Positions 63,018 through 64,000 of a DNA stretch of 64,000 nt are shown one piece after another. Source of the DNA: a virus; the IMG/VR virus record IMGVR_UViG_3300045988_167582. The stretch is one strand, 5' to 3'. The notes below the pieces were generated by a model. That model made no database searches. It had not been told where the DNA came from and saw nothing but the letters and a program-made list of their open reading frames with translations. The stretch's first letter is position 1; every line of letters begins with the position of its first letter. The position numbers and the translations under genes are program-made.

Positions 63018-63398
63018 GTGTTCTCTTCATATCTGACAACAGGAGATATAAAGTCCTGTGGATGTATTATGTCTTATAGAGAAACTTTAATTGAACGGTA
63101 TTTGATAAATCATAATATCCAATTTCAAAGACAGTTTACTTTTCAAGACCTCAGAGGAAAGAAATATCCATTAAGATTTGATTTTGCTGTGTTTGAAGAC
63201 GACGGAACCTTACAGTGTTTGATTGAGTATCAAGGCGAGCAGCATTATACTAATATATTCAAAATACCAGAAGATGATTATTTACAATCTATTGCAAGGG
63301 ATGAATTAAAACGAAAATACTGTAATGAGCATAAGATACCGTTATACGAGTTGAATAACGAAGAAACGATAGAAACGGAGCTGAAAAGGATTTTATGA
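63018..63398 (+). CDS. free-standing endonuclease-like ORF (PD-(D/E)XK/Vsr-like core) with a decayed N-terminal region upstream
   Basis: SCGC ... FDFAVFEDDG...LIEYQGEQHY. Upstream, 62862-63015 carries out-of-frame remnants (LIDLTSQRFGRLMVL, then EGKQNGFVCATKEIILKTRTVDLTGQ). Confidence 0.55.
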   Translation: MFSSYLTTGDIKSCGCIMSYRETLIERYLINHNIQFQRQFTFQDLRGKKYPLRFDFAVFEDDGTLQCLIEYQGEQHYTNIFKIPEDDYLQSIARDELKRKYCNEHKIPLYELNNEETIETELKRIL

Positions 63399-63880
63399 AG
63401 ATAAAAACAATTGTGGACGAGGATTTCGTGAATTACAAGGTTCCATCCATGTATATTGGTGCGGCGTATTGCAACGGAAAATGTTGCCGAGAAGCCGGAA
63501 TTCCGTTATCTGTCTGCCAGAACGATGCGTGGCGCGGTAGCGCCACCATCGCAATGGATGACGATGATATTATCCAGAGATATCTATCAAACGATATTAC
63601 AAAGGCTCTTTGCTTCGCGGGTCTGGAACCGTTTGAGCAGTTTGACGAGCTGTTGCGCCTCGTGTCTAAGCTCCGCACAGAGTATCACTGTAATGATACA
63701 GTGGTCATTTACACGGGATACAATATGACTGAAATTGTGTCCGAGGTCGCTACGCTGAGAAAATTTGATAATATTGTTATTAAGTTCGGGCGATATGTCC
63801 CCAACCAGTCAAAACATTTTGATGAGGTTTTGGGTGTATATCTGGCTTCCGATAACCAGTATGCAGAAAGAATCAGTTAA
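63395..63880 (+). CDS. nrdG: NrdG-like activase candidate (non-canonical Cys motif)
   Basis: Position next to nrdD, its size, and CFAGLEPF (GGEP-like). The Cys motif reads CNGKCC rather than CX3CX2C. Confidence 0.55.
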   Translation: MKIKTIVDEDFVNYKVPSMYIGAAYCNGKCCREAGIPLSVCQNDAWRGSATIAMDDDDIIQRYLSNDITKALCFAGLEPFEQFDELLRLVSKLRTEYHCNDTVVIYTGYNMTEIVSEVATLRKFDNIVIKFGRYVPNQSKHFDEVLGVYLASDNQYAERIS

Positions 63881-63891
63881 GGAGAATACAT

Positions 63892-64000
63892 ATGGGCAAC
63901 AAACTTACAATTTCATTTGGGCTCGTTGATGAGTTCGGAAACGAGTATTCGGCAACATCGAAAACAGAAACCTTTGAAGACCTTGGCGTTGGCAATATTG
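63892..64000 (+). CDS. 5' end of a hypothetical gene running off the window
   Basis: aaggaga RBS, ATG at 63892, open to the window end. Confidence 0.4.
   Translation, partial: MGNKLTISFGLVDEFGNEYSATSKTETFEDLGVGNI

Noticed and set aside
1-64000. CRISPR arrays, IS elements or transposases, or rRNA genes.
   Set aside because: None were seen. The only tandem array is the 45-bp repeat at 1-118, which has no spacers. The mobile-type genes present are free-standing homing-endonuclease-like ORFs.

Overview
This window reads as the early, replication and nucleotide-metabolism arm of a large dsDNA phage or prophage. The host is probably a Firmicute, likely a spore-former: AGGAGG ribosome-binding sites, sigma-A type promoters, and AbrB/SpoVT-like and SleB-like genes. 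About 105 genes are tightly packed and almost all lie on the + strand. Only a Lar-like gene and a LexA/CI-type repressor are on the - strand.

Recognisable modules:
- Replication and recombination: DnaB-like helicase, DnaG-like primase, DnaE-type Pol III alpha, ERF, SSB, a Cas4-like nuclease and an ATP-dependent ligase.
- Nucleotide metabolism: NrdD and an NrdG-like protein, an NrdH-like redoxin, dNMP kinase, a 5'-deoxynucleotidase and PhoH.
- A four-gene NAD cluster: PncA-like, Prs-like, NAMPT-like and NadE.
- A broad tRNA repair set: a kinase-phosphatase-ligase Pnkp-type protein, a Thg1-like enzyme, a CCA-adding enzyme, an RlaP-type nucleotidyltransferase and several phosphoesterases.
- Seven clear tRNAs, all with U34 anticodons, plus two aberrant tRNA-like sequences.

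The two most unusual things I see:
1. A stand-alone retron-type reverse transcriptase is flanked by three copies of a roughly 160-300 nt structured RNA element, and three more copies are dispersed in the window. Each copy has a covarying end-to-end closing stem, an invariant G at its foot, and a covarying hairpin with a GCTGTNAG loop. This looks like one RT serving six retron-like templates.
2. Directly upstream lies a cassette with a small beta-grasp/ubiquitin-like candidate, a JAMM/JAB metalloprotease carrying a G/Y/S-rich low-complexity tail, an E1-like ThiF-fold protein, and two very acidic proteins.

Several genes are interrupted by single-nucleotide frame changes at A-runs, and two tRNAs have off-by-one T-loops. 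Assembly indels therefore cannot be excluded. All calls come from reading the sequence and translations by eye; no searches were run.
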